From NCBI GenBank assembly GCA_030390025.1, contig JASTWF010000121.1:62001-126000 (forward strand): DNA of 64,000 nucleotides, read 5' to 3'. This DNA is from Squalus acanthias (lineage: Eukaryota). The position numbers were made by a program, and so were the translations under genes. Every line of letters begins with the position of its first letter. Position 1 is the first letter of the stretch. This document shows positions 37,847 through 51,305 of this stretch, in pieces. The notes under the pieces were generated by a model. That model did not search any database. It had not been told where the DNA came from and saw nothing but the letters and a program-made list of their open reading frames with translations.

Positions 37847-38194
37847 GTGCAAATGCTCCAGTCCTTCTCCAGTCTCCGAGCCTGGAACGTGTCACAGAGG
37901 GTCACTCGGCGCGGTTACAGTGCACCATGCGGAACGCCAGTGTGAGCCACACCAATGTCAACTGGTACCGCCGGCAACTACCAGGGCAAGATATGGAGCG
38001 GGTTTTAACACATGAGGCAAGTGGCAGCACACGACGGAGCCCAGGTTCCACTGACCGTCTCCAGCCTTCCAGAGACACCTCCAATAACAGCTTCATTCTG
38101 ACAATCACAAAGGTGCAGCCCAGTGACACTGCCGTCTATTACTGCTAAGTGTGGCGAAGGATCTACGGGAGCGGGACCCTGCTCAGTGTCACCA
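37847..38194 (+). pseudogene. Germline-joined VJ Ig-domain exon (paralog A) with a nonsense codon after YYC
   Basis: TTAAAG|GT acceptor, A|GTGAGT donor, 348 nt, phase 1-1. It encodes ANAPVLLQSP...LQC...WY...DRLQPSRD..NSFILTI.....DTAVYYC*VWRRIYGSGTLLSVT, with TAA at 38146-38148. Confidence 0.9.
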
Positions 38195-38349
38195 GTGAGT
38201 ACAGTTTACATTACAATAGCCTGAAAGTAATAACCCCTCACACATGAATTAATTGGAGATCAGTATCTGATAAAGCGGCAGGAGGTGAAGTAAAGTGGTC
38301 TGGGCGATGGATTAGCTGGGGCAAGAAGCTGAGCTCAGGTCGAGTAATT

Positions 38350-39690
38350 CACCAAAGTTCAACATCTCTGGGCTTAGCCTGAGGGGGTGTCTGGGGAGGT
38401 TCGAGGCGTGTAGGGGTTTGCTGAGCTGAAGAGGAAGTGTTGTCTTTGCCGAGTCCTAATGTTGGACAGGCATTTGGAGAGAATGGAACAGCCTTGGAAT
38501 CAATGGAGGAGGTGGAGAGGCAGAGCCGAGTGTTGCTGTCGATGTAAATGTTGACCCTGCTTCTGGATGATGTTACTGAGGGTGAAATGATGAAGAGGAG
38601 GAACCCAAGGATGGTGCCCTGGGGCACAGCAGAGATGGTCATTCAGACATCGGAGGAGACACCCCTGGTGGTGATATAAAGCTAATGGTGTGACCAGCAA
38701 CAACAACAACTTGTATTTATATAGCGCCTTTAATGTAGTAAAATGTCCCAAGGGGCTTCACGGGAGTGATATTAAACACAATTTGACACCGAGCCACATA
38801 AGGAGATATTAGGACAGATGACGAGGTAGATTTTAAGGAACGTTTTAAAGGAGGAAAGAGAGGTAGAGAGGCGGAGAGGTTTAGGGAGGGAGTTACAGAG
38901 CTTAGTGTCTGGGCAGCTGAAGGCACGGCTGCCAATGATTGAGCGATTCAAATTGGGGAAGATCAAGAGACCAGAATTGGAGGAGCGCAGATATCTTGGG
39001 GGGTGGGGGGTGTTGTGGGGCTGGAGGAGATTACAGAGATAGGGAGGGGCGAGGCCATGGAGGGATTTGAAAACAAGGATGAGAATTTTAAAGTCGAGGC
39101 GTTGCTTCACCGGGAGTCAATGTAGGTCAGCGAGCACAGGGGTGATGGGTGAACGGGACTTGGTGCGAGTTAGGACACGGACAGCAGAGTTTTTGATGAG
39201 CTCAAGTTTACAGAGGGTAGAACGTGGGAGGCTGCGCCGGAGTGCGTTGGAATAGTCAAGTCTCGAGGTAACAAAGGCATGAATGAGGGTTTCAACAGCA
39301 GATGAGCTGAGGCAGGGGCGGAGTCGGGCGATGTTACGGAAGTGGAAATGGGCGGTCTTAGTGATGCCACAGATATGTGGTCGGAAGCTCATCACGGGGC
39401 CAAATATGACACCAAGGTTGCGAACAGTCTGGTTCAGCCTCAGACAGTTGCCAGGGAGACGGATGGAGTCGGTGACCAGGGAACGGTGATTGTGGCCGGG
39501 ACCGAAGACAACGGCTTCAGTCTTCCCAATATTTAGTTGATGGAATTTTCTCTGATCCAGAACTGGATGTTGGACAAGCAGTCTGAGAGTTTAGATACAG
39601 TGGAGGGGTTGAGAGAGGTGGTGGTGAGGTAGAGCTGGGTGTCGTCAGCTTATATGTGGAAACTGACGCTGTGTTTTCAGATGATGTCGC
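38350..39690 (-). mobile_element. L2 LINE fragments (RT and 3' end)
   Basis: IHAFVTSRLDYSN motif and an L2 tail near 38700. Confidence 0.85.
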
Positions 39691-39756
39691 CAATGAAGCA
39701 GGAGTAGAACCATGAGAGACCAGTGCCACGGAGGTGACTATTGAACAGAGACTTTG

Positions 39757-41160
39757 AAGAACATAAGAACATAAGAAATAGGAGCTGGAGTCGGCCAATT
39801 GGCCCCTCGATCCTGCTCCGCCATTCAATAAGATCATGGCTGATCTGGTCTTGGCCTCAACTCCACTTTCCTGCCCACTCCCCATAACCCTTGACTCCCT
39901 TTTCGTTCAAAAATCTGTCGATCTCCACCTTAAATATATTCAACGACCCAGCCTGCACAGCTCTCTGGGAAAGAGAATTCCAAAGATTCACAACCCACTG
40001 AGAGAAGAAATTCCTCCTCATCTCCGTTTTAAATGGGCGACCACTTATTCTGAAACTATGCCCCCTAGTTCCAGATTCCCCCTTGAGGGGAAACATGCTC
40101 TCTGTATCTACCCTGTCAAGCCCCCTCAGAATCTTATACATTTCAACAAGATCACCTCTCATTCTTCTGAACTCCAATGCGTATAGGCCCAACCTGCTCA
40201 ACCTTTCTTCATAAGACAACCCCTTCATCTCAGGAATCAACCTAGTGAACTTTCTCTGAACTGCCTCCAATGCAAGTATATCCCTCATTAAATAAGGAGA
40301 CCAAAACTGTACGCAGTACTCCAGGTGTGTTCTCACTGTGTGCTACAGTTGTAGCAAGACTTCCCTACTTTTATACTCCATCCCCCTTGCAATAAAGGCC
40401 AACATTCCATTTGCCTTCCTAATTACTTGCTGTACCTGCATGCTAACTTTTTGGGTTTCATTTACGAGGACCCCCAGATCCCTCTGTACCGCAGCATCTC
40501 TCTCCATTTAAATAATAATTTGCCTTTTTATTTTTCCTACCAAAGTGGATAACCTCACATTATCCCACATTATACTCCATCTGCCAAGGTTTTGCCCACT
40601 TACTTAACCTATCTATATCCCTTTGAAGATTCTTTGTGTCCTCTTCATAACTTGCTTTCCCACCTACCTTTGTATCATTTGCAAATTTGGCTTCATTGCA
40701 CTCGGTCCCTTCATCCAAATCATTAATATAGATTGTAAACAGCTGAGGCCCCAGCACTGATCCCAACCTGAAAATGACCCATTTATCCCGACTCTCTGTT
40801 TCCTGTTAGTCAGCCAATCCTCTATCCATGCTAATATATTACCCCCAACCCCATGAGCTCTTATTTTATGCAGTAACCTTTTATGTGGCACCTTATCGAA
40901 TGCCTTCTGGAAATCCAAATACACAACATCTGCAGGTTCCCCTTTATCCACCCTGCTCGTTACATCCTCAAAGAACTCTAGCAAATTTGTCAAACATGAT
41001 TTCCCTTTCATAAAGCCACGCTGATTCTGCTTGACTGCATCATAATTTTCTAAATGTCCAGCTACTACTTCCTTAATAATGGACTCCAGCATTTTCCCAA
41101 GGACAGATGTTAAGCTAACTGGTCTATAGTTTCCTGCTTTCTGTCTCTCTCCCTTCTTGA
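39757..41160 (-). mobile_element. CR1 LINE, 3' part
   Basis: RT motifs in ORFs 40664-41092 and 39857-40336; tail repeat CATAAGAA. Confidence 0.9.
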
Positions 41161-41770
41161 GGTAAGTGTGGAATGTGTGCTCAATGGTGTCTAAAGGAGC
41201 GAAGAGATCAAAGAGTATGAGGAGGGACAGACAGTCGCCACCACAATCACACAGATGTCAGTTGTGACGTTGATCAGTGCCATCTCAGTGTTGTGGGTGA
41301 GACAGAAGGCTGATTGCAGGATCTGGAACAGTGAGCAGGCAGGAGGTGGGTCCCAACTGCAAGAGGCAAGAGGCAATAGAGTGGCTGATCTTGATTGTGG
41401 ACACAAAGAAGTCTATGTGTTCCTTGTAATTGGTGCCTGAAATGAGCATGGAGGGTGCGGTGAGGTGGGACAGATGGTTAGTGGTGGAGAGGAGCAGTTT
41501 CGAGTTGTTCCTACTCTCCAGGATTATCTGAGAGTTGAAAGAGGATTCGCCTGTGGAAAGGGAACAGTGGAGCTTGCTATGCTCGAGTCACATTTAACAA
41601 TGAACATCTGGGCAGGTCACTTACCAGGTGCTCAAGCTTGTGGCCTATGAGGCCATGGAGGTGGCTGCGAGACCAGGGGTGTGGTGGGAATGGGAAATTA
41701 TTGGTGATAAGAGGGAAAGGATATCAACAGTAAATGTGAAACTTTTACACAGTTGATGGAGTGAGATAAT

Positions 41771-42532
41771 GGCCTAGAAATTCGCGTGGCCAGCTTGCCG
41801 TGGGGGTAAGGATCGCGCGCGCTCTTACCCACCACGCCTGCCGTTGTGTTTTGGGTCCACAGGAACTTCGGGTCCTGGGCCTCTCCCAAGAGCCGGCGCG
41901 CAGTGCTTGCGTGTTCCAGGGGCGCAGTTAGTGCGATGCTACCCCTGGGATCACGTGGGCCATGGAGAGCCAATGGCAGCAGACCATCTTTCATTCATAG
42001 ATTTGACAGGACCTGTCAAATCTGTGAATTGAAATCGGCCCCAAAAGAACAGCTAAACTTAAATTAAATTAAAAAAAAAAACATCACATTAATAAAATAA
42101 CTATAGTTAAATAAATTAACCACTTTAAACAAAAATTTAAATTTTTGAAAAAATTAAAATACTTTTTAAAAGTTATAAAAATAAACTTACCTTTCTTTAA
42201 AGCATCTAAAAAAGATAAACCTGTTGAAAAAAATTTAAAATTATACTTAATTAACTACTTACCTTGTTCAAAAGGGGTCTTACGCCTCCTTTTTATTAGC
42301 GTAGAATCTTCCATACTTACCCACGCATTGAAACCTGAAAAAAAATCTAAGTTTGCTGCGTGCGCGCAGCCTCTAGTGTGCACGCGGTTCACCTAGGAAC
42401 CGCTCCCTTCACCATACCAGAAGTTCCGGTTTCCCGCGCATGCGCAGTGCATACAGGAAACCGGCACTTCGGGAATGAATACGGGTGAGTACACAGTCCG
42501 TACTCACCCGGGAACGGCCGAATATTTGGGCC
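41771..42532. mobile_element. Non-autonomous TIR element with an AT-rich core and hairpins, copy 2
   Basis: GGCCTAGAAATTCG / CGAATATTTGGGCC termini; homologous to 19825-20568. Confidence 0.75.
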
Positions 42533-42679
42533 ATTAATGTCATCATGGATGGAGGGAGGTTGGAGTGTGAGGTGGCACAAATGAAGGTGGGCCAATTCCA
42601 GGGATATTAACTGGGAAGTGAGACATTTAGGAGAAAGAGCTTTGGAAAGTCTCAAGACAGCAGATGTTGACAAGGTCAA

Positions 42680-44420
42680 GTGTGTGTGTGAGTGAGTTTG
42701 TGAGTGTGTGTGTGAGTGTAGTCAGTAAGTGTGTGAGTGTGTGTGTGAGTACAGTCAGTGGGTGTGCGTGAGTGTGAGTGTAGTCAGTGGATGTAAGAAC
42801 AAGAGAAATGCAGGGTTCAGCAGCAACCACTGTACATGGCCTTCTTTGACCTCACATAGGCCTTTGACACTGTCAACCGTGAGGGATTATGGAGTGTCCT
42901 TCTCAAATTCGGCTGCCCTCAAAAGTTTGTCACCATCCTCCGCCTGCTTCACAACGACATGCAAGCTCTGATCCTGACCAACGGTTCCACCACAGACCCA
43001 ATTCAAGTACGGACCGAGGTCAAGCAAGGCTGTGTCATCGCACCAACGCTCTTCTCGATCTTCCTTGCTGCAATGCTCCATCTCACCCTCAGTAAGCTCC
43101 CCGCTGGAGTGGAGCTAAACTACAGAACAAATGGGAAACTCTTCAACCTCCGTCGCCTCCAGTCCAGATCCAAGGTCGTCCCATCCTCCGTCGTCGAATT
43201 ACAGTATGCAGACGACGCTTGCGTCTGCGCACACTCTGAGGCCGAACTCCAAACCTTCGTCAACACCTTCACCGAAGCATCCGAAAGCATAGGCCTTACA
43301 CTAAACATCTGTAAGACAAAGGTCCTCTACCCACCTGCCCCCGCCACACAGTACTGTTCCCCGATAATCAAATTCCATGACGAGGCCTTGGACAATGTGG
43401 ACCACTTTCCATACCTCGGGAGCCTACTGTCAACAAGGGCAGACGTCAATGACAAAGTCCAACACCGCCTTCAGTGTGCCAGTGCAGCCTTCGGTCGCCT
43501 GAGGAAGAGAGTGTTTGAAGATCAGGACCTCAAACCCAGCACCAAGCTCATGGTCTAGAGAGCAGTAGTTATACCTGCCCTCCTGTATGCTTCAGGGATA
43601 TGGACCATGTACAGCAGGCACCTCAAAGAACTGGAGAGGTACCAACAACGCTACTTCCGCAAGATCCTGCAAATCCATTGGCAGGATAGGTGCACCAACG
43701 TCAGTGTTCTTGCTCAGGCCAACATCCCCAGTATCGAAGCTTTCACCACGCTCGATCAGCTCCGATGGACAGGCCACATCGTCCGCATGCCCGATACGAG
43801 ACTCCCAAAACAAGCGCTCACTTCGCAGCTCCGACACAACAAGAGAGCCCCAGGTAGGCAGAGGAAACGCTTCAAGGACACCCTCAAAGCTTCTTTGAAA
43901 AAGTGCAACATCCCCACCGACACCTGGGAATCCCTGGCCCAAGACCGCACAAAGTGGAGAAGCATCCGGAAAGGAGCCGAACACCTTGAGTCTCTTCGCC
44001 GGGAGCAAGCGGAAGCTAAGCGCAAACAGCGGAAGGAGCACACATCAACCCAAGCACCCCACCCACCCGCCCCTTCAACCACCGTCTGCCCCACCTGTGA
44101 CAGAGACTGTAGGTCCCGCATTGGACTCATCAGTCACCTGAGAACTCATTGTTAGTGTGGAAGCAAGTCATCCTTGGTTCCGAGGGACTGCCTAAGAAGT
44201 AGAAGTCAGTGGGTTGAGTGTCTGTGAGTGTAGTCAGTGAGTGTGAGTGTGAGTGTGAGTGTAGTCAGTGGGTGTGAGTGTGAGTGGAGTCAGTGGGTGT
44301 GAGTGTGAGTGAGTGTGTGTGAGTGAGTGTAGTCAGTGAGTGTGAGTGTGAGTGTGAGTGGAGTCAGTGGGTGTGAGTGTGAGTGTGGAGTCAGTGAGTG
44401 TGAGTGTGTGAGTGTAATCA
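42680..44420. repeat. (GT/GAGTGT)n microsatellite split by an RTE insertion
   Basis: Tracts at 42680-42790 and 44205-44420 flank the RTE. Confidence 0.85.
42792..44205 (+). mobile_element. RTE-clade LINE, 5'-truncated (RT and C-terminal zinc finger)
   Basis: VKQGCVIAP.LF, YADD, FPYLGS and CPTCDRDC motifs. Confidence 0.92.
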
Positions 44421-44902
44421 CTGGGTGGGGGAGCAGTAATTAATTGTGGATGTTTGAGTTTCATGACGGCTCATGGGGAAAAAGCTGGGTTGTGGGATCA
44501 AGGTGGGATTTGGAGATGAGCATTATGCCACTACTTTGGTGATTTGGGCAAGGGAAGATGCCAGCCAATATGTCCTGGGCCAGAGGAGGAGGCCAGGATC
44601 AGGTGGGGACAGGCTGTTTGGGAGCTGGTGTAACACGTTTGGGTGCGAGAAACTGGGGATTGGCTCTGAGTGGCTCCTGAGCACAGCGGGTGTACAGGGC
44701 CAGTTAGTAATCAGGTGGTACCTGGTGCCGGTGAATACTCGGGGGCACTATGTACTTGGCAGCAGAATGAGTAGTGAAGACTCAGGGTCAGGGAAAGGTG
44801 AGCATTGAGAGGAAAGCAGTGAGCACGGACAGGGTGGGGAGGGGATTAGGGAGTTTCAGGGAACATGCTGCGGGACTTGAGCAATGAGCAGAGCACCAGA
44901 GG

Positions 44903-45436
44903 TGGCTGGTATCAGGGAGGAGGGAGAGGGTGAAGTGTGGGGCTTGGGGACCCTAGTGGGGACAGGGAGCTGGCAAAGCCTGAGGCTGGGGGCTGGTATC
45001 AGGGAGGAGGGAGAGGGTGAATTGTGGGGCTTGGGGACACTAGTGGGGACAGGGAGCAGGCAAAGCCTGAGGCTGGGGGCTGGTATCAGGGAGGAGGGAG
45101 AGGGTGAATTATGGGGCTTGGGGACCCTAGTGGGGACAGGGAGCAGGCAAAGCCTGAGGCTGGGGGCTGGTATCAGGGAGGAGGGGGAGTGTGAAGTTGG
45201 GGCTTGGGGACCCTAGTGGGGACAGGGAGCAGGCAAAGCCTGAGGCTGGGGGCTGGTATCAGGGAGGAGGGAGAGGGTGAAGTGTGGGGCTTGGGGACCC
45301 TAGTGGGGACAGGGAGCAGGCAAAGCCTGAGGCTGGGGGCTGGTATCAGGGAGGAGGGAGAGGGTGAAGTGTGGGGCTTGGGGACCCTAGTGGGGACAGG
45401 GAGCAGGCAAAGCCTGAGGCTGGGGGCTGTAATCAG
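44903..45436. repeat. 87-bp G-rich minisatellite, about 6 copies
   Basis: Unit GGCTGGTATCAGGGAGGAGGGAGAGGGTGAAGTGTGGGGCTTGGGGACCCTAGTGGGGACAGGGAGCAGGCAAAGCCTGAGGCTGGG. Confidence 0.95.
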
Positions 45437-45865
45437 GAAAACAGGAGTGGGAGATATCTGACTCATGATGTCTCTATTAGGAGAGGGAAAAAGTGTGTGG
45501 CAGAAGATTTTGGACAAATCTTGCAGTTGAGTGGAGTTGCGATTGCCGCAGACAGTCATTGCAAAATGTTTCTACTGGTTGCATCGAATCTATTCGTGTA
45601 TTAGGCTGCTATCCTTCTGCCAGAGAGAGGCACTGAGAGAAGGAGACTGCGCAGAAGCACTGAGGCCCCACATCAATAGAACCCTTAAAAATATCAGCAC
45701 AAAAGGTCCAACTGAATAATGTAAGTTTTAGGAAAGGTGAGAAACTCAAGATTCAAACTCGAAAGAGAACTTGTGGCTCTGCAACCGAAGGTATTGGAGA
45801 AATGTCCAATAGGACTCGGGAGCTGGCGATGGACCAGCTTTAATATTCGGTGAATTATTTGTTTT

Positions 45866-48800
45866 AGAAACATAGAAACATAGAAGATAGGAGCAGGAGT
45901 AGGCCATTCGGCCCCTCGAGCCTGCTCCGCCATTCAATGCGATCATGGCTGATCATCCAAATTCAGTACCCTGTCCCTGCTTTCTCCCCATATCCCTTGA
46001 TCCCTTTAGCCTTAAGAAATATATCTAACTCCTTCTTGAATATATTTAATGAATTGGCCTCAACTGCCTTCTGTGGTAAAGAATTCCACAGGTTCACCAC
46101 TCTCTGGGTGAAGAAATTCCTCCTCATCTCTGTCCTAAATGGCTTACCCCTTATCCTTAGACTGTGACCCCCGGTTCTGGACTCCCCCGCCATCGGGAAC
46201 ATCTAGTCTGTCTAGTCCTGTTACAATTCTATAAGTTTCAATGAGATCCTCCCTCATTCTTCTAAACTCTAGCGAATATAAGCCTAATCGACCCAATCAC
46301 TCTTCATACGTCATTCCTGCCATCCCAGGTATCAGTCTGGTGAATCTTCGCTGCACTCCCTCCATGGCAAGAACATCCTTCCTCAGATAAGGCAACCAAA
46401 ACTGCACACAATACTCAAGGTGTGATCTCACCAAGGCCCTGTACAACTGCAGCAAGACATCCTTGCTCCTGTACTCGAATCCTCTCGCTATGAAGGCCAA
46501 CATACCATTTGCCTTCTTAACCACCTGCTGCACCTGCATGCTTACCTTCAGTGACTGATGCACAAGGACACCCAGGTCTCATTGCACTTCCCCTTTTCCC
46601 AATCTATTGCTGTTCAGATAATAAGCTGCCTTCCTGTTTTTGCCACCAAAGTGGATAACCTCGCATTTATCCACATTATATGGCATCTGCCATGCATCTG
46701 CCCAATCACCCAACCTGTCCAAATCATACTGGAGTTTCTCTGCATCCTCCTCACAGCACACACGCCCACCCAGCTTTGCGTCATCTGCAAATGTGGAGGT
46801 ATTACATCTAGTTCCCTCATCTAGATCATTAATATATATTGTGAATAACTGGGGTCCGAGCACCAATCCCTGCGGTACCCCACTAGTCACTGCCTGTCAC
46901 TCGGAAAAAGACCCGGTTATTCCAACTCTTTGCTTCCTGTCTGCCAACCAGATCTCTAGCCAAGTCAGTACCTTACACCCAATCCCATGTGCTTTAACTT
47001 TGCACGCTAGTCTCTTATGCTGGACCTTATCGAATGCCTTCTGAAAGTCCAAATACACCACATCCACTGGTTCTCCCTTATCTATTCTACCAGTTACATC
47101 CTCAAAAAATTCCAGTAGATGAGTCAAGCATGATTTACCTTTTGTAAATCCATGTTGACTTTGTCCGATCATGTCACTGTTTTCCAAGTGCTCTGCTATT
47201 ACATGTTTTATAATGGACTCTAGCATTTTCTCCACTACCGATATCAGACTTACCGGTCTATAATTCCCCGTTTTCTCTCTACCACCTTTTTGAAATAGTG
47301 GGATTACATTAGCTACACTCCAATCCATGGGAACTGTTCCAGAGTCTATAGAATTTTGGAAGATGACCAGCAATGCATCTACTATTTCTAGGGTCACTTC
47401 CTTAAGGACCCTAGGATGTAGATTATCAGGCCCTGGGGATTTATCGGCCTTCAATTCCGTCAATTTCCCGGACATCATTTCCCTATAAATATTGATTTCA
47501 TTCAGTCCCTCTCTCTCATTAGACCCTATGTTCTCTGACATCTCTGGGAGGTTATTTGTGTCCTCCTTTGTGAAGACAGAACAAAAGTATGTATTTAATT
47601 GGTCTGCCATTTCTTTGTTCCCCATTATAAATTCCCCTGATTCTGACTGCAAGGGACCTATGCTTGACTTCACCAATCTTTTTGTCTTCACTTATCTATA
47701 GAAGCTTTTACAGTCAGTTTTTATGTTCCCTGCAAGCTTACTCTCATACTCTATTTCCCCCCTCTTAATTAATCCCTTTGTCCTCCTTTGCTGAATCCTA
47801 AACTGCTCCCAATCCTCAGGTTTGCTGCTTTTTCTGGCCAATTTATATGTCCTCTCCTTGGATCTTATGCTATCCCTAATTTCCCTTGTTAGCCACAGTT
47901 GAGTCACCTTTTTTGTTTTATTTTTATGTCAAACAGGGATGAACAAATTCTGTAGTTCATCCATGCGATCTTTAAATGTTTGCCATTGCCTATCCACCAT
48001 CAACCCTTTAAGTAACATTCCCCAATCCATCCTAGCCAACTCGTATCTCATACCATCATAGTTTCCTTTATTTAAATTCAGGACCCTAGTATCTGAGTCA
48101 AATACTTCACTCTCCATCTCAATGAAGAATTCTATCATATTATGATCGCTCCTCCCCAAGGGGCCTCGCACAACAAGATTGCTAATTAATCCTTTCTCAT
48201 TACATAATACCCAGTCTAAGATGGCCTGATCTCTAGTTGGTTCCTCGACATATTGTTCAAGGAAACCATCCCGTATGCACTCTAGGAATTCCTCCTCCAC
48301 AGTATTGTTACTAATTTGGTTAGCCCAATCTATATGCCGCTCTTTCCGAGAGCAACCCAAAACTAATTCTACTGCTGTTCTCCCATAGCCCTGTTTCTTC
48401 TTTTGTCCACTTTTCTCTGCTTCAATCATTCTCAGGAGCGAAGCATTCCATGCTCAAACAACATTTTGCACGAAGAAATTTCTAACCTCTCTCCTTGCTC
48501 TCAGTGACAATTTTAATTGATGAGTCCTAGGAGGCGAAGAGGTGGCCACAATTTTGAGGCCTTGGCCTAATTTACACCGGGGCGGTAAGCTGCAGGGCAC
48601 CAAACAGGCTGGCCAATATCGTCCCACAGCTAGATAAGTATGATGCGGGGGGAACAAAAATAATTCCAAACTTACCATTGGTGAATCTCTTTGAATACAT
48701 TGCCCGTGAAACTGGTCGGATGTGCATGACCTAAGATGGCAATTGGAGGCCAATTCATTAAATATATTCAAGAAGGAGTGAGATATATTTCTTAAGGCTA

Positions 48801-51305
48801 AATGGATCAAGGGATATGGGGAAAAGGCAGGGACAGGGTACTGAATTTGGATGATCAGCCATTATCTCATTGAATGGCGGAGCAGGCTCGAGGGGTCGAA
48901 TGGCCTACTCCTGCTCCTATCTTCTATGCTTCTATGTTTCTATGTAGATTAAAGTCACCCATGATAACTGCTGTGCCCTTATTGCACGCATCTCTAATTT
49001 CCCGTTTAATGCCATCCCCAACCTCAGCATTACTGTTTGGGGGTCTGTATACAACTCCCACTAACATTTTCTGCCCCTTGGTATTTCTCAGCTCTACCCA
49101 TACAGATTCCACATCATCAGAGCTAATATCCTTCCTTACTATTGTGTTAATCTCCTCTTTAACCAGCAATGCTAACCCACCTCCTTTTCCTTTTTGCCTG
49201 TTTTTCCTGAATATTGAATACCCCTGGATGTTGAATTCCCAATCTTGGTCACCCTGGAGCCATGTCTCCGTAATCCCAATTATATCATCTCCATTTATAT
49301 CTATTTGCGCAGCTAATTCATCCACTTATTGCGAATTCTCCTCGCATTAAGACACAAAGGGGTAAAAATTCAGTTGGTTGCGCCTCCCGTTAGCGCCTTA
49401 AGAGGGCGCTAATGGGGCGCAAAGCCGCTAACGCCCGGGCGCAGCGATGTTTGCGCCGCTCGGGAACTTAACTAGACATTGTGCGGCGGCGCTAAACTTT
49501 ACCGCTGCGACCACCTGTGCGCGCAGATTGTGACGTCATTCCATGGTGCAACGCCCTTGTGGCGCCCCGGAGCGGAAATTGAGTGGCGCCCCCTGCCTTA
49601 CCGCCTGGCGCATCCAACGACCAGAAGACTGGAACGCTATCAATCGCTGTGGGGCTGGGGGGGGGCGCTATTTAAAGGGGGCCTCTTCCTGTCTTTTATT
49701 GTTGGTGGCATTTTTGAACTACGCATTCTGAGAGAGAGAGGGAGAGACTTCTGGAGAGATTCAACGTTGTGTGAAGGAGTTTTGGGTACTGAGCAGCACT
49801 TTGCAGGTTCATTTTGATTTGCCATTCCTTGTATCGATTTAGCAGAGACTGTGGGAGCTGCACTCTGAGCTCTTTGCGTGGTGCTCTCCATTGTTCTTTC
49901 CAGCACATTTGATGTGCAAGTCTCTCCAGGCCGAGATTCAAGGCTGCAATGAGCAGGATGTGGATGGAAAGCAAGATTAACCATCCCCTTTAAGAACTGG
50001 CCCGTGCCATTGTGTGTGTGTTCCATTGCTGACTGACATTACATGAGCTTCGCCAGCGCTCTGAGTTAGCGCCTCACTCCTTGGCCTTTGCGCCTTAAGA
50101 CAGGTGTGCAGCGCCTGATTTAGCGCTCCACTCACCTCCCGGGGCGGTAAAAGTGAAGTTTCCAGTCAGTGCCGATAATTAGCGCCAGGCGCTAATATTT
50201 GCGTCCAGACGATATTTGCGCCCCAAAAGGGGCGCGACCTAATTTTTCCCCCAAAGCCTTCAGGCTTGATTTTTTAACACTCTTAGACCTTTTTGAATTA
50301 TTATTTACTGTGGCCATGTTTGATTTACACCCTTGATTTCTCTGACTGCCACTTTTGCTTTTTTCCTTCCTGTCTTTTGCTTCTATCTTTACTTCCCTTT
50401 CCTCTGTCTCCCTGCACAGATTCACAACCCCCAGCCATTTTAGTTTAAACCCTCCCCAACAGCACTAGCAAACACTCCCCCTAGGACATCAGTCCCGGTC
50501 CTGCCCAGGTGCAAACCGTTCAGTTTGTACTGCTCCCACCTCCCCCAGAACCGGTTCCAATATCCCAGGAATTTGAATCCCTCCCCCTTGCACCATTCCT
50601 CTAGCCATGTATTCATCTGAAATATCCTTCTATTTCTACTCTGACTAGCACGTGGCACTGGTAGCAATCCTGAGATTACTACCTTTGAGGTCCTATTTTT
50701 TAATTTACCTCCTAACTCCCTCTATTCAGCTTTTAGGACCTCATCCCATTTTTTACATATATCGTTGGTACCTATGTGCACCATGACAACTGGCTGTTCA
50801 CCCTCCCCCTCCAGAATGCCCTGCAACTGCTCCGAGACATTCTTGACCCTTGCACCAGGGAGGCAACATACCATCCTGGAGTCTCGTTTGCGGCTGTAGA
50901 AATGCCTATCTATTCCCCTTACAATTGAGTCCCCTATCACTATAGCTCTCCCGCTCTTTTTCCTCCCGTCCTGTGCATCAGAACCACCCATGGTGCCAGG
51001 AAGTTGGCTGCTGCTGCCTTCCCCCGATAAGCCATCTCCTTCAACAATATCCAAAGCGGTATATCTGTTTGAGAGGGGGATGTCCACAGGGGACCCCTGC
51101 ACTACTTGCCTGCGCCTATTACTCTGCCTGTCGGTCACCCATTCCCTTCCTGCCTGTGCAGCCTTTACCTGCGGTGTGACCAACTCATTAAACATGCTAT
51201 CCACGACGTCCTCAGCATCGCGAATGCTCCAGTATGTGTCCATTCGCAGCTCCAGCACCACAATGCAGTCTGCCAGGACCTGCAGCTCGATACACTTCCC
51301 GCATT
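45866..51305 (-). mobile_element. Near full-length CR1 LINE (ORF1 esterase, APE, RT, 3'UTR) with internal insertions
   Basis: ORF1 IGDSIVRG at 50722-51261, APE at 48924-49325, RT at 46297-47907. Inserts at about 48337-48925 (ending in a + strand CR1 tail) and 49359-50252. Confidence 0.92.
49359..50252. mobile_element. Non-autonomous Harbinger derivative (894 bp)
   Basis: TIR GGGGTAAAAATT / AATTTTTCCCCC, 3-bp TSD AAA; right end closely matches 1720-2055. Confidence 0.85.

Noticed and set aside
1045-45436. CRISPR-like arrays (54-, 40-, 42- and 87-bp repeats)
   Set aside because: Head-to-tail repeats without unique spacers in vertebrate DNA; no cas genes.
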